DNA from: Minisyncoccota bacterium
GTDB lineage: Bacteria > Patescibacteriota > Minisyncoccia > Phycocordibacterales > DATDWN01
Assembly: GCA_041658985.1 (NCBI GenBank)
Contig: JBAZZC010000004.1
Span: 20,221-84,220 of the forward strand
Length of the DNA: 64,000 bases
Direction: 5' to 3'
The notes beneath the pieces are model-generated. The model had not been told where the DNA came from. It made no database searches and saw nothing but the letters and a program-made list of their open reading frames with translations. Shown here one piece after another: positions 62,735-64,000 of this stretch. Within the stretch, counting starts at the first letter, position 1; every line of letters starts with the position of its first letter. Position numbers and translations under genes: made by a program.

Positions 62735-62839
62735 TCAGAACCTGACCCGTCCGTCCCACGTAAGTGGGCGGTTGTGCCGAACGACAGCGGCGACGGTAAT
62801 TCCGAGAATGATAGCACCGAAGAACCAGAATCGCTTCAC
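62735..62839 (-). CDS. tiny hydrophobic peptide (34 aa), GC-rich. Not in the ORF track.
   Basis: SD GAGAGGAGAAG before a GTG start. Single TM-like peptide VKRFWFFGAIILGITVAAVV... Confidence 0.25.
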   Translation of the reverse strand: MKRFWFFGAIILGITVAAVVRHNRPLTWDGRVRF

Positions 62840-63154
62840 GGCTTCTCCTCTCTCTGGTCAACCCGCACGGCTGACACAGTCTATTGTTAGTAAAACACAC
62901 ACAAGATAAATCTGTCAAAAAAAATGGGGATTAATCCGAACACCAAATTTGGCATCGTTGCATCGTGTTTTAATATGTGTAAGTTGTGTTGCTATGTGAT
63001 AGGACATGAGGTTATATAAAAATGTTTAACAAGCAACAAAAACACAATGCCAAAATTGGTGTGCGGATAAACGACGAACCGGCGGACTTGCGTCTGCCGG
63101 TGTGAAGGGGATTAACTCCCTTCATGTTTCTAGCTCGACATGTGCCGAGCCGTA

Positions 63155-63361
63155 CTAAGGGAACTTGAAGTCTGACTCGTCCGCCCACTTTCGGGTGGTG
63201 GGTGGAGTCTCGACCGCCGGCGGGTGTTCCTTCTGATATCTGGTCGCCTCGTTGATGAAGTGGCGAACAGCCACAATCCATCCGAGTGCGACCAGAATCA
63301 TAAACACGAAACCGATGACTTGGTTCCACGGAATCTCGTGAACAAATCTAATTGCGAGCAT
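63155..63361 (-). CDS. GC-rich small membrane protein (~68 aa)
   Basis: SD GAGGAAGG 7 nt before the ATG at 63361 (MLAIRFVHEIPW...). One TM helix. The ORF-track entry extends further upstream. Confidence 0.4.
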   Translation of the reverse strand: MLAIRFVHEIPWNQVIGFVFMILVALGWIVAVRHFINEATRYQKEHPPAVETPPTTRKWADESDFKFP

Positions 63362-63423
63362 GGGCACCTTCCTCTCTTCAGTAAGTAAAACACAACACGA
63401 TTTTATTTGCAAAATTTTATACG

Positions 63424-63454
63424 AAAAAGACCGGCAGGTTTTGAGGCCTGCCGG
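63424..63454 (-). terminator. rho-independent terminator (minus strand)
   Basis: Minus strand reads CCGGCAGGCCTCAAAACCTGCCGG + TCTTTTTCG. Confidence 0.6.
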
Positions 63455-63502
63455 CCGGGAGGATGACCCTCCCTACCAGATTACAGTCTGGTCACTGGTA
63501 CG

Positions 63503-63892
63503 CTACTGAACCGGAGCTGTCCACCCGCGCCACGGATTGGTCCAGAAGGACCACATGGCACGGAATGGGTAGGTGATGACCCGAACGGTCATTTCCCCGA
63601 TTCCCATCGGTGCGGTTGGCGAGGTGGCCGACGGAGCCGGCGTGGTTGTGGGTGGCGCTGGATTCGGCTGCAAGACAACGGTAATCTTGTTGGCCAGCAA
63701 CAAACTGATCCTGTTGATGCACCCATCCAGATACCGGGCCTCGTGCCCGCCGTTGCTCGCCCAGACCATCTGACCCTTCTCCAGCCAAACCACTTCGAAA
63801 GTGTGTCGGCTCCTGATCTCGTTTACGTACCACCCAGCCTCTACCAGCGGTTCACGGTGGACCTGGAGGAGCTTGGCATCTCGGGAGGACAT
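63503..63892 (-). CDS. GC-rich hypothetical protein (129 aa). A further minus-strand gene appears to run off the window end.
   Basis: SD GGGGGAAAG before the ATG at 63892. Pro/Thr-rich linker. No family recognised. Confidence 0.4.
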   Translation of the reverse strand: MSSRDAKLLQVHREPLVEAGWYVNEIRSRHTFEVVWLEKGQMVWASNGGHEARYLDGCINRISLLLANKITVVLQPNPAPPTTTPAPSATSPTAPMGIGEMTVRVITYPFRAMWSFWTNPWRGWTAPVQ

Positions 63893-64000
63893 CTTTCCCC
63901 CGAGTGGGGGGAAGCGCTGGATGTTGATGTAGTCTGGAACGGTCCAGACAACCCCGTTGATGACGCATCGCTCATAGCCGTAGTATGGTTCTTTGGCATC

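Noticed and set aside
1-64000. Alternative genetic code (UGA recoding, as in SR1/Gracilibacteria)
   Set aside because: Housekeeping genes (infB, clpB, topA, tyrS, serS) are full length with standard stops. Nothing suggests in-frame TGA read-through.

Overview
AT-rich bacterial chromosomal segment (roughly one-third GC by eye; GC was not computed). The gene set looks like Candidate Phyla Radiation / Patescibacteria: a short IF-2, streamlined housekeeping genes and many tiny membrane proteins.

Supported content:
- About 70 CDS, including gyrA C-terminus (truncated by the window start), infB-rbfA, clpB, tyrS, miaA, murE, murA, parB, rel, topA, dprA, serS, ftsQ-like, dus, dnaX, rarA, alr, and a MacAB-type ABC efflux module preceded by an ECF sigma/anti-sigma pair.
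- 10 tRNAs: Leu CAG/TAG/TAA/CAA, Lys, Cys, 2x Tyr, Trp, Gln.
- A tandem array of six VirB2/TrbC-like two-TM pilin-type paralogs.
- An IS200/RAYT-type Y1 transposase next to a perfect 24-bp hairpin.

Most notable:
- A large serine recombinase sits inside a nest of perfect inverted repeats (101, 96, 28 and 29 bp) that starts in the 3' end of tRNA-Tyr. It is followed by a GC-rich island carrying tyrS, a second tRNA-Tyr and a prephenate dehydratase.
- Two families of miniature TIR-bounded elements. One copy carries a GIY-YIG gene; the other family carries a four-helix-bundle (rRNA-IVS family) gene.
- Three copies of a ~32-bp GC-rich palindrome inserted in frame inside topA (x2) and rarA, reminiscent of Rickettsia palindromic elements.
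- A conserved stem-forming 5' leader with a compensatory base change in front of three small-protein genes.
- Two tandem GC-rich putative ncRNAs, each with its own promoter and terminator, immediately upstream of dnaX.
- Many GC-rich mini-genes with their own SD and terminator punctuating the AT-rich background.

Coordinates of hand-called RNA and repeat features may be off by 1-2 nt.
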